From NCBI GenBank assembly GCA_964581295.1, contig CAZONX010000003.1, forward strand, positions 2,406-66,405: 64,000 nt of DNA, read 5' to 3'. This stretch comes from an uncultured Acidimicrobiaceae bacterium (GTDB taxonomy: Bacteria > Actinomycetota > Acidimicrobiia > Spongiisociales > UBA5794). The notes under the pieces are model-generated. The model was given only the letters and a program-made list of their open reading frames with translations. It searched no databases and was not told the DNA's origin. The position numbers and the translations under genes were made by a program. Shown here piece after piece: positions 8,135 to 16,555 of this stretch. Every line of letters starts with the position of its first letter. The stretch's first letter is position 1.

Positions 8135-9886
8135 CTAGAGGATCTCGACTACGCCGTTGGTCCCGTCGACCCGCAGGCGGTCGCCAGTCTTGATCTCACG
8201 AGTGGCAACGCCGGTGCCGGTGACGCCGGGAATGCCGAACTCGCGAGCCATGACTGCGGGGTGCGCAACCATGCCGCCGGCATCGCAGACGATGCCGCCG
8301 ATGATGGCGAACAACGGTGTCCACGCCGGGTTCGTCATCTGGCAGACCAGAATGTCGCCGCCCTTGACCTCGTCGAACTCGGCAGGCGAAGAAACGACCT
8401 TCGCCGTGGCTTCGATGACGCCAGGCGACACGCCGATACCTTCGATCCTGCCCTTGGTCTCCGTGTCGAAGTGCAGCTTCTCAGGGAAGCCCCACAGATT
8501 GAGATACGGGAACGCGAGCTGGTCTTCGGTCGCCGTGCCGATGAAGTCCGGCGGGCGGATCTTCTCTTGCTCGGCCCGGGTCGCACGCCGCTCGGCGACA
8601 ATGCTCTTGGCGTCGTAGCCCTCGGGATCACCCATCAAGTAGCGCAGTTCGTTGTAGCGCAAGTAGATCGTGTCGTCCGGCTCGTCCAACGCGCCCATCT
8701 CGACCAGCTTCCGGCCGATGCAGATCAGCACCACCCGAGCGTGCTGGTGCGTGCCCTGGTCGATATAGAAGTGGTGGTCGGGCGTGAGCGGGGCCATCTT
8801 CAGGTTGATCTCATTGGCTGCCTTCAGCGCCTCGAGGGCGTCGCCCTCTTCGATGCCTTCGAGCAACTCAACGGCTGCAGCCTGAATGTCCGTCTCGAGG
8901 TGGGCGACGACCGGCCGGTGGTCATAGTCCGAGTCCAGGTATCCCTTGATCACGTCAAGGACCGGTTCCGGTGTCTCGAATCGCGACGGGTAGATGAACT
9001 CGTGGCTCCACACGGCGTGCCAGCCGAACTCACGCTGGTAGGCCTTCAGGCCCTCGGCGATGAACCGGCGGCCGCGCTCGGTGCCCTCGAGAGCCGCCAA
9101 GATGTCGGCGCCGTTCTCGTTGACGAAGGCCGCCATGAGGACGTCGTCTTCCTTGATCTCGTCCTTCAGCGCCACCAGCAACTCGATCGCGTCCCAGTTG
9201 CGGTCGGCGTAGGAGTTCTGCAATCGGCCGAGGATTTCCTCGTGCTTCTGGGTGATCTCGCCGCCGAGCGCCTCTTCGAGCGTTGCTCGCAGCGCCAGGG
9301 TCGACGACAGCTGGGCGAAGTTGAGCATCCAGTGGATCTTCCAGTGACGATCGAGCATGTCGATCGCGTCCTCGAGGATCACGGCCCACTCCATGAGCGA
9401 GATGTTCTCGTAGTCGTCAATCTTCTCTTCGAGATAGGCGAGGTTTCCCGCCATTTCGGGCACGAGGCGATCCCTCCACCAATCGGGGAAGTTCGCTCCG
9501 TAGACCGGGAGCACGGCGCCGAGATAGGCGCCGATCTTCTCGGCGTAGTCCGGGTCGGCGTCCGTGGGCACCCGGGAGTCGTAGTGGAACCCGAGTTGTT
9601 CGCTGGGCACGGCCATATCCGGGTCCGGCGGGATCGCGGCCGTGAAGAGGTATCCGTTGACGACCTTGCCGACCCAGTCGGTCGCGAACGGCGTGCCGAA
9701 GCGACGGAACATGTGGTCGCACGTGAGCACCCAGTTGCCGATATCGTTGTACATCGGCGAGACGGGGCGCGGGCAGTGCAGGTCGTCGTAGACCCAGAAC
9801 AGCTTCTTTTCCTTCTCCGATTCCCACTCGACCGGGAAGCTCTCGTCTCCGAAGAACTCCGCCACAACCTTGCTGGTATCTACCAT
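8135..9886 (-). CDS. PEP-utilizing-enzyme mobile (phosphohistidine swivel) domain protein with large unknown N-terminal domain; PpsA (phenylphosphate synthase) / rifampin-phosphotransferase-like architecture
   Basis: The C-terminal ~90 aa is the PEP-utilizers phosphohistidine domain (…GGMVAHPAVMAREFGIPGVTGTGVATREIKTGDRLRVDGTNGVVEIL). The N-terminal ~490 aa matches nothing I recognise. No ATP-grasp domain in this protein. Start at MVDTSKVV (ATG 9886) with an AGGAAGGAGA RBS. The track's GTG 9913 is less likely. Confidence 0.7.
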   Translation of the reverse strand: MVDTSKVVAEFFGDESFPVEWESEKEKKLFWVYDDLHCPRPVSPMYNDIGNWVLTCDHMFRRFGTPFATDWVGKVVNGYLFTAAIPPDPDMAVPSEQLGFHYDSRVPTDADPDYAEKIGAYLGAVLPVYGANFPDWWRDRLVPEMAGNLAYLEEKIDDYENISLMEWAVILEDAIDMLDRHWKIHWMLNFAQLSSTLALRATLEEALGGEITQKHEEILGRLQNSYADRNWDAIELLVALKDEIKEDDVLMAAFVNENGADILAALEGTERGRRFIAEGLKAYQREFGWHAVWSHEFIYPSRFETPEPVLDVIKGYLDSDYDHRPVVAHLETDIQAAAVELLEGIEEGDALEALKAANEINLKMAPLTPDHHFYIDQGTHQHARVVLICIGRKLVEMGALDEPDDTIYLRYNELRYLMGDPEGYDAKSIVAERRATRAEQEKIRPPDFIGTATEDQLAFPYLNLWGFPEKLHFDTETKGRIEGIGVSPGVIEATAKVVSSPAEFDEVKGGDILVCQMTNPAWTPLFAIIGGIVCDAGGMVAHPAVMAREFGIPGVTGTGVATREIKTGDRLRVDGTNGVVEIL

Positions 9887-10233
9887 TCGGCAAATCTCCT
9901 TCCTCAACGCCACAGCGCCGGGACCGTCCCTTGCGTGGAACGACCTGATTCCGGCACCCTTTCTCGTCCGTCAGTCCTTCGTCGTGTCGTCCTACTCCTC
10001 TCCCGAGGCCGGTCGAACCGGCCCGGTGCGAACCACACAATGTGTGCATCGCACACGAGCCTTCAGTGCTTGCGGCGCAACGAAGATGGAGCAAGCTGCG
10101 GTCATGCTCTCAACCCCGGGACCGCGGGAAGATCGTTCGTGTCAAGGGGTGAATACGGTGTGGACACCGGCGCAATCGTACGAGATATCAGCATTTCGTT
10201 GACATCCAATGGCATCGGCACGGCGTATCCTCG

Positions 10234-10245
10234 ATAATCGATTAC
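10234..10245. promoter_or_regulatory. palindromic motif ATAATCGATTAc (site 1 of 3), ~350 nt upstream of the PpsA-like gene
   Basis: Extended match ATCCTCGATAATCGATTA is shared with site 3. Confidence 0.55.
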
Positions 10246-10298
10246 CCGCAGTTTACGAGTGCCGTCCCGTGTCCGTCAACTTTGCGAACGGTGTCGGA

Positions 10299-12605
10299 TC
10301 AGGTCGAGGGTTTCTCACCCGGCGGTAGGTCGGCCAATGCAGCAAGAACCTTCTCCGGGGTGACCGGCAGATCCCGAATACGAACGCCGATCGCGTCATA
10401 GAGCGCATTGGCGATCGCAGGCGGCGTCGCCGCGGCAGCCGGCTCTCCGACACCCTTGGCACCGAACGGGGCCTCCTCATGCACCGACTCGACGATGATC
10501 GGCACGATTTCCGGGAGATCCTGGATCGTCGCCACCTTGTAGTCGGCGAGGTTGCCGTTCTCGATGCGTCCGTCGCGAATAGAGAAGTGCTCGAGGATCC
10601 CATTTGAGAGGCCCATCACCACACCGCCCTCGATCTGCTGCTCGACCGTCATCGGATTGATGGCCTTGCCGACGTCGGCAGCCGCGGCCACCTTGACCAC
10701 GCTGATCACGCCGGTCTCGATGTCGACCTCGATCTCTGCGGCCTGGGTGCACAGCATCCAGAAGATGCTGCTCATCCACTCCTCACCGGGGTCGGCCTTG
10801 AGCAACGGCGACCGAGCTGACGAGAACCGCGATCCGGCCGTCATCGAGTAGCCCTCCCCCGCGAACTTCGCGAGCAGATCCCCAAGGGTGATCTTGACTT
10901 CATCGTCCAGGTCGTAGATGGAGCCGTTGCGAAGATCCAGGTCCTCCGCATCGACCTCGAGTACCTCGGCGGCCAGGCCCAGGATCTCCTCGCGGATCTC
11001 CGCGCCGGCAGCGACGATGGCGTTGCCCATGTGATAGGTGGTCCGACTCGAAGCGACCGGGCCGTTGTATGGCGTGAGCGCGGTGTCGGTGGCTGGCACC
11101 GACACGTGCTCGAGCGGGACACCAATCGCGTCCGCGGCCATCTGGGCGAGGACGGTGTCCTGCCCTGCGCCGATCTCCGGCGCCGCGCAGATCACCAGCA
11201 CACGACCGTCTTGTTCCATGTTGATCACGACGTTCGAACTCGACGGCGTCATCGTCGGCTTGATCATCGTGGCGATGCCCTTGCCGCGGCGCAGGTGCGG
11301 CGCCGGTTCGCGCTCGACCGATCCCCAGCCGATTTCGGCAGCCGTTCGTTCGATGGTCTCGGTGAGGCCGACGCTGTGCATGATCTGGCCGTTGAGGTAG
11401 GAATCGCCTTCCACGTATCCGTTCTTCAGTCGGATTTCGACCGGATCGAGATTCAGCTGCGCGGCGATCTCGTCCATCTGCGTCTCACACGCCCACGTCA
11501 CTTGGGTCGTGCCGTAACCGCGGTAGGAACCGGTGATCGCCTTGTTGGTGTAGACCTGCCGCGACAGGATTTCGATATTGGGGATGCGATACGGCCCGAC
11601 GATCGTCTGCGAGCCGCGGATGGCGACGCCGACGGTGTAGGCCGTGTAAGCCCCGCTGTCCCAGAGCACTTCGGCGCTCCTGGCGATCATCAGGCCGTCG
11701 CTGTTCACCCCGGTCTTCAGCTTCATGATCGCCGGCACGCGAAGCTGCGAGGCGATGAGGCACTCCTCGCGGGTGAACTCGACGCGGACCGGACGACCGC
11801 CGGAATTGCGCGCCAGGACGACCGCGATGGCCTCGGCGATTGGGACACCCTTGCCACCGAACGACCCACCGACCTGCGCAACGATCAGCCGGACCTGGGT
11901 GCTGGAGACGCCCAACCCTTCTGCGAGCTCGTTGCGGAGCAGGAATGGGCGATCGGTCGATACCCACAGGGTGTAGCCACCCGAACCCGCGTCGTACTCG
12001 GCGATCGCGGTGTGGACCTCGAGTGCGACATGGCTGATCGCGTGCGCCGAGTACTCCCCTTCGACCACCAGATCGGCGGCGGCGAAACCTTCCTCGACAT
12101 CGCCGCGCGAATACCGATAGAGCGTGTTGATATTGGTGTGGGGCACGATCTCATGCCCACCACGCTTGTAGGTGTGGAGATCAGGATGCACGAGTGGCGC
12201 GTCGGGATCGAGGGCGGCGCGCATGTCGACGATCGCCGGCAACTCCTCGTAGTCCACCGCAATGAGGTCGAGCGCCTCCTGTGCCTGCGCCTCGGTGGTC
12301 GCCGCGACCGCAACGACCGGTTCGCCGACATAGCGGACGCGGTCGATCGCGAGAAACGGTTGATCCTTGATCGCAGATCCGAACAACAGCGGGAAGTCGT
12401 TTCCCGTGACGACTGCCTCCACTCCCGGAGCCGACCGGGCGCGCGCTACGTCGATCGACACGATCCTGGCGTGTGGGTGTGGGCTTCGTAGAACCGCGCC
12501 GTGCAACATGCCAGGCATGGACAGGTCGACGGCGTAGACCGCGCTGCCTGTCACCTTGTCGACTGAGTCAACGCGTGGTGCCCGCGTGCCTACATACGTC
12601 GTCAT
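10299..12605 (-). CDS. molybdopterin-dependent hydroxylase large subunit, paralog 2 (XDH/aldehyde oxidase family)
   Basis: 768 aa, same domain architecture as 2739..4988 (…VVGGSFGGKG…, YRGYGTTQ, …AAPEIGAGQDTVLAQMAADAIGVP…). Start at MTTYVGT overlapping the stop of the 2Fe-2S gene (ATGA). Confidence 0.9.
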   Translation of the reverse strand: MTTYVGTRAPRVDSVDKVTGSAVYAVDLSMPGMLHGAVLRSPHPHARIVSIDVARARSAPGVEAVVTGNDFPLLFGSAIKDQPFLAIDRVRYVGEPVVAVAATTEAQAQEALDLIAVDYEELPAIVDMRAALDPDAPLVHPDLHTYKRGGHEIVPHTNINTLYRYSRGDVEEGFAAADLVVEGEYSAHAISHVALEVHTAIAEYDAGSGGYTLWVSTDRPFLLRNELAEGLGVSSTQVRLIVAQVGGSFGGKGVPIAEAIAVVLARNSGGRPVRVEFTREECLIASQLRVPAIMKLKTGVNSDGLMIARSAEVLWDSGAYTAYTVGVAIRGSQTIVGPYRIPNIEILSRQVYTNKAITGSYRGYGTTQVTWACETQMDEIAAQLNLDPVEIRLKNGYVEGDSYLNGQIMHSVGLTETIERTAAEIGWGSVEREPAPHLRRGKGIATMIKPTMTPSSSNVVINMEQDGRVLVICAAPEIGAGQDTVLAQMAADAIGVPLEHVSVPATDTALTPYNGPVASSRTTYHMGNAIVAAGAEIREEILGLAAEVLEVDAEDLDLRNGSIYDLDDEVKITLGDLLAKFAGEGYSMTAGSRFSSARSPLLKADPGEEWMSSIFWMLCTQAAEIEVDIETGVISVVKVAAAADVGKAINPMTVEQQIEGGVVMGLSNGILEHFSIRDGRIENGNLADYKVATIQDLPEIVPIIVESVHEEAPFGAKGVGEPAAAATPPAIANALYDAIGVRIRDLPVTPEKVLAALADLPPGEKPST

Positions 12606-13069
12606 CTGCGGACTCCTTTGATCTCTGCGACCGCTTCGAGGATCTTGGGATAGGCGCCGCATCGGCAGAGGATGCCGCTGAGCGCCTTCTTCACGTCCTC
12701 GATCTCCGGTTCATCGTCCCTTCTGAACATAGCAGTGGCTGTCAAGACCATGGCAGGGGTGCAGAACCCGCATTGGAACGCCCCGGTGTCGATGAATGCC
12801 TGCTGCACGTCGTTGAGTTCGCCGTCCTCGGCGAGGCCCTCCACGGTCTCGATGCTGGCACCGTCCGCGTCGCCGGCCAACACCAGGCACGAGGTGACCG
12901 GTTCACCGTCCGCGAGCACCACGCAGGTGCCGCACTCGCCGACTCCGCAGCCTTCCTTCGTCCCGGTGAGGAACACCTGCTCGCGTAGGACCTCGAGAAG
13001 AGTGAGGCGCGGATCGGTCGTGAGTTGGCGGGAAACTCCGTTCACCGTGACGTCGATAGTGATCGTCAT
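12602..13069 (-). CDS. (2Fe-2S)-binding small subunit, paralog 2
   Basis: MTITIDVTVNGV… with GTKEGCGVGECGTCVV and CGFCTPAM…CRCGAY cysteine clusters. True start at M82 of the track ORF (ATG 13069), ATGA-overlapping the FAD-subunit stop. Confidence 0.9.
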   Translation of the reverse strand: MTITIDVTVNGVSRQLTTDPRLTLLEVLREQVFLTGTKEGCGVGECGTCVVLADGEPVTSCLVLAGDADGASIETVEGLAEDGELNDVQQAFIDTGAFQCGFCTPAMVLTATAMFRRDDEPEIEDVKKALSGILCRCGAYPKILEAVAEIKGVRR

Positions 13070-13956
13070 GCCGCCACCTCCACACCCGCGGATTGCACGG
13101 CGGCACGAAGGGCCCGCAACGTGAGCACCCTCGCAAGCGTCGTGCGATACGACGCGCTGGCGCGCATGTCGCCGATCGGCTTCGCCTCGCCGGCGGCGGA
13201 CTGGGCGACAGCGGCGAGTGCCGCCTCCACTGGAATCTCCGAGCGAAGCAGCGCTTCGCTGGCAACCGCGCGAAATGGGGTCGGCCCGAGCGAGGCAAGG
13301 GCGATCATGCATTCGAGGACGCGGCCGTCGACGCCGAGAACCACACTCGCCGATACCCCTGCAAGAGCGATGTCGGTCCCGCTCCCCCGCTTGCCCAGCT
13401 TCACGTGCGCCGAGCCGAAACCCGCAGGCGGATCGGGGAGGAAGATCGACGTGATGATGTCGGACGACGCAAGCGTCGTCGCTCCCGGGCCCGAGTACAG
13501 ATCCTCCACCAAATCATCGCGAGCGCCGTCACGCCCCTCGATGGTGGCGACCGCCCGATGGACGATCAGCGCCGGTCCGAGATCGGATGCCGGCGACGCG
13601 CGACCCACATTGCCGCCGATCGTCGCCAGCGCCCGCACCGGCGGCGACGCAAGGATGGACGCGGCCTGAGCGAGTCCGGGGCAGCTCTCCTGCACGAGCG
13701 ATGACTGCTCGACGAGGGTCACCTTGGTCAGGGCTCCGATACGGATGCCTCCCTCGGCCGCTTCGATTCCGGTGAGGCCTGGCACGCGTTTGAGGTTCAC
13801 AACCGTCGACGGACGCATCCGGCCCGTCTTCATGTCGACGATGAGATCGGTCCCGCCGGCGAGCACGCGGGCGTCGTCCGGAGCGTCGGCGAGAACGTCG
13901 ATCGCTTCAGCCAGCGACGTCGGTTCGTGGTAGTCGAATGCGCGAAGTCGCTTCAC
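13066..13956 (-). CDS. FAD-binding subunit of Mo-hydroxylase, paralog 2 (CoxM-like)
   Basis: 296 aa, MKRLRAFDYHEPTSLAEAIDVLA…AGGTDLIVDMK…ATIGGNVGRASPASDLGPALIV…. Confidence 0.85.
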   Translation of the reverse strand: MKRLRAFDYHEPTSLAEAIDVLADAPDDARVLAGGTDLIVDMKTGRMRPSTVVNLKRVPGLTGIEAAEGGIRIGALTKVTLVEQSSLVQESCPGLAQAASILASPPVRALATIGGNVGRASPASDLGPALIVHRAVATIEGRDGARDDLVEDLYSGPGATTLASSDIITSIFLPDPPAGFGSAHVKLGKRGSGTDIALAGVSASVVLGVDGRVLECMIALASLGPTPFRAVASEALLRSEIPVEAALAAVAQSAAGEAKPIGDMRASASYRTTLARVLTLRALRAAVQSAGVEVAA

Positions 13957-13978
13957 CGATCATCCTTCGTGTTGGTGG

Positions 13979-14368
13979 TCATCCGGTCTGATGCAGCAGT
14001 TCGAGCGTAACGCCGTCTGGTGTCTCGACGAAGGCGATCTCATAGCCGCCGGGTCCCGGGCGTCGCTCGTAGATCTTGAGACCCTGCTCAGCGAAGCGCT
14101 CGAGGTCGGCGTCGAGATCGTCCGTCTCGATCCCGACGTGTTCGAGCCCGAGGTAGGGGATCGGCGGCGGGTCGTTGATGGTGTCGTCTTCGCCGGGCGC
14201 CGGCGTGGTGATGTTGAGACGGACGCCGTCGAACTCGACAGGAACGAAGAGCATCGTCTTGAACTGAATCTCGGGGAGCAACGTGCCCCCGAACATGTCG
14301 ATCCACCATGCCGCGCTGGCGCGGGGATCTCTCGATTTGATGTGGATGTGGTGGAGGACGTGTGCCAT
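13979..14368 (-). CDS. VOC-family (glyoxalase/bleomycin-resistance/dioxygenase fold) protein
   Basis: ~130 aa from MAHVLHHIHIKSRD…GLEHVGIETDDLDADLERFAEQGLKI…. The upstream part of track ORF 13979..14521 is Arg/Pro-rich and unlikely to be coding. First gene of Mo-hydroxylase operon 2. Confidence 0.65.
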   Translation of the reverse strand: MAHVLHHIHIKSRDPRASAAWWIDMFGGTLLPEIQFKTMLFVPVEFDGVRLNITTPAPGEDDTINDPPPIPYLGLEHVGIETDDLDADLERFAEQGLKIYERRPGPGGYEIAFVETPDGVTLELLHQTG

Positions 14369-14549
14369 GGCTCTCCTTGTCTTCGGTCGTTCCCCGCGTA
14401 CGATCGCGAGTCGACGACCCCGCTGCGGACGATCGGTTTCGGTCGCCGACGTTAGCCAGCCGGGCGCGCCCGGCCGAAAGGGGTCTGCCGAAGATCGGCT
14501 CATCACCGTCGCCGACGGCATGAATTGACGGACGGCAATTCTATTTCAT

Positions 14550-14561
14550 ATAATCGATTAT
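14550..14561. promoter_or_regulatory. perfect palindrome ATAATCGATTAT (site 2 of 3) in the divergent VOC-Mo-hydroxylase / Liv-ABC intergenic region, overlapping a TATAAT -10 hexamer
   Basis: TTGACG(14525-14530)-N18-TATAAT(14549-14554) on the plus strand. The palindrome begins inside the -10. Confidence 0.6.
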
Positions 14562-14727
14562 CAATGAAAGATTATTCCGTCGCAAGCATCGCGACACGCC
14601 GGGCGGACGATGCTGCACCTTCGTGTTCATGCCGTCGCATACACGGCATCGGTTCCGGCGTGGTATCTAGCGTGATTCAGCCGCTGGAGCCAACGGCTCC
14701 ACGTGGACGAGAAGAGGCCAGGGGCTG

Positions 14728-15600
14728 ATGGACATCATCTCCGACTCAATCGTTATTGGCCTGACGGAGCAGGCGCCCCTCATCCTCGCCGCCATGGGCT
14801 TCGCACTCCTCTACCGACTCACGGGCCTCATCAACGTGGCGTACTCGGAGACGATCACGCTCGGCGCCTACATGGGGATGTGGATCAACACCACGTTCGA
14901 GCTCAACTTCTACACCATCCTGATCCCGACCGGGATTGCCGCAGGGCTGATCAGCGTCGCCACCTACTTCGCGGTCTTCCGTCCGGCCAAGCTTCGCAAC
15001 GTCGGCGCCCTCGAAATGATCATCATCTCGTTCGGGCTGTCCGTGTTCCTCCGTCACGGCCTGCAGTTCATCTTCGGCTATCCGGTTCGGTTCTTCGATG
15101 TCCCGGCCCCGGACACGATCTTCGTACTGGGCGTCGGCGTGTCATCTTTCCGCCTCGTCGCCGTCGCCAGCGTCTTCATCCTCGCCTTCGGGCTCTACTG
15201 GTTCATCCAGAAGACGAGCTACGGGCTTCAGATCCGGGCCCTGGCGAGCGATGAGGATCTGGCGCAGGTCAGCGGAATCCGGCCAATGGCCGTGACCGTT
15301 CTCATTTGGTTCCTCGCCGGTGTCGCCGGTGGCCTCGCCGGTGCCTTCTACGGCGTCGGCTCTTCGGTCGCCCCGCTGCTCGGATGGCGCCAGTTCCTGT
15401 TCATCCTGCTGGTCGTCCTGGTCGGCGGGGCCAAGAACATCGGCGGCGTCATCATCGCCGGCGCGGTGACCGCCATCTCACTGACGTTCATGACGCTCCA
15501 GTTCGGCCAGGCGCTGTACGGCCAGATGATCCTCATCGTTGTGTTTGTCATCATCTTGAAGGTCCGCGGCACACGGTCGGCCGAAGCGGGGAAGGTGTAG
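14728..15600 (+). CDS. branched-chain-amino-acid-type ABC transporter permease (LivH-like)
   Basis: 290 aa polytopic membrane protein with typical LivH/BPD_transp_2 sequence. Follows a TTGACG-N18-TATAAT promoter-like element. Confidence 0.85.
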   Translation: MDIISDSIVIGLTEQAPLILAAMGFALLYRLTGLINVAYSETITLGAYMGMWINTTFELNFYTILIPTGIAAGLISVATYFAVFRPAKLRNVGALEMIIISFGLSVFLRHGLQFIFGYPVRFFDVPAPDTIFVLGVGVSSFRLVAVASVFILAFGLYWFIQKTSYGLQIRALASDEDLAQVSGIRPMAVTVLIWFLAGVAGGLAGAFYGVGSSVAPLLGWRQFLFILLVVLVGGAKNIGGVIIAGAVTAISLTFMTLQFGQALYGQMILIVVFVIILKVRGTRSAEAGKV

Positions 15601-15604
15601 CGCC

Positions 15605-16555
15605 ATGAATCTGGACTGGCTCGACGCATTCCTCGTCTACGGACTCTTCTCAGTCGTCATGGTGATCGGCCTGGCGCTGCTGCTTCACCTGCAACTCGGG
15701 CTCGCCCGCATCGCCAACTTCGGCATCGTGGGCTTCTGGGGCCTCGGGATGTACTCATTCGGCGTTCTGTTCGTCAAGGTCGATTGGCCGTTCGGAGAGA
15801 TCTGGGCGTTCCTGATCTCGATTGCCTTCGCGACACTCGTTGCCGGACTCGCCGGACTCGCCGTTGGATGGGTGATTGCCGACCTCGATATCGACGGTGT
15901 GCTGGTCGGCACGCTCGGCTTCGCTACGTGCGTAGCTCTCTTTGCGACGGCCGAACAGGACCTGACCGGCGGAGCCCTCGGTATGGGCGGACTCGGATTC
16001 CCCTACGACATTGGCAGCGTCAAGGCGAACGAGACGTTGTGGCTGGTCATCTTGACTGTCGTCGTTGGCTTGATCCTCTACTACGTGTCTCGCGTCCACA
16101 GGTCGCCATACGGTCGGTTGCTCATCGCGATCGGAGACAACGAGCCGCTGGCCCGCAGCCTCGGCAAGCAGTCGTTCCGGACGAAGCTGTGGTTGTTCGC
16201 AGGAAGCTCGGCGGTCATGGGTCTCCTTGGGGCGATGTTCGGCGTGATGGAGCGTTTCCTCGACATCGGCAACCTCGGCATCGACATCACCCTGGCAGTC
16301 ATGGTGGGGTTGGTGCTCGGTGGCGTCACCCGAACCTGGGGAGCCGTCGTCGGCGTCGTACTCACCGTGGCCGTATTCGACATTCTCCTTCAGTCCTACC
16401 TGCCGCTCCCCCAGTCGTGGTACGGCCAGGCAATCCCGAACCTTCGGGAGATGACGTTCGGCGCCGCACTCATTCTGGTGCTCATGTTCCGACCGTACGG
16501 CGTGCTCGGCCAGATGCGAAGAGACAAGCTGATGCGGAGGTTGCATGGTGGGTGA
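15605..16555 (+). CDS. branched-chain-amino-acid-type ABC transporter permease (LivM-like)
   Basis: 316 aa polytopic permease. 4-bp gap from the previous permease. Confidence 0.85.
   Translation: MNLDWLDAFLVYGLFSVVMVIGLALLLHLQLGLARIANFGIVGFWGLGMYSFGVLFVKVDWPFGEIWAFLISIAFATLVAGLAGLAVGWVIADLDIDGVLVGTLGFATCVALFATAEQDLTGGALGMGGLGFPYDIGSVKANETLWLVILTVVVGLILYYVSRVHRSPYGRLLIAIGDNEPLARSLGKQSFRTKLWLFAGSSAVMGLLGAMFGVMERFLDIGNLGIDITLAVMVGLVLGGVTRTWGAVVGVVLTVAVFDILLQSYLPLPQSWYGQAIPNLREMTFGAALILVLMFRPYGVLGQMRRDKLMRRLHGG

Noticed and set aside
9870-10202. 110-aa ORF in the gap between Mo-hydroxylase operon 2 and the PpsA-like gene
   Set aside because: TTG start, no RBS, no family resemblance. It overlaps the better-supported start region of the PpsA-like gene on the other strand. 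Treated as a non-coding leader.
7472-10237. 921-aa ORF on the plus strand, plus other long antisense ORFs (11031..12491, 15755..16966, 18386..19222, 20633..21730, 22237..23118, 23452..24639, 24712..25545, 36517..37284, 37360..38229, 50365..51375, 51454..53277)
   Set aside because: All lie antisense to genes with clear family signatures. Their translations are Arg/Pro/Gly-rich with no recognisable motifs. Long spurious antisense ORFs are expected in ~70% GC DNA.
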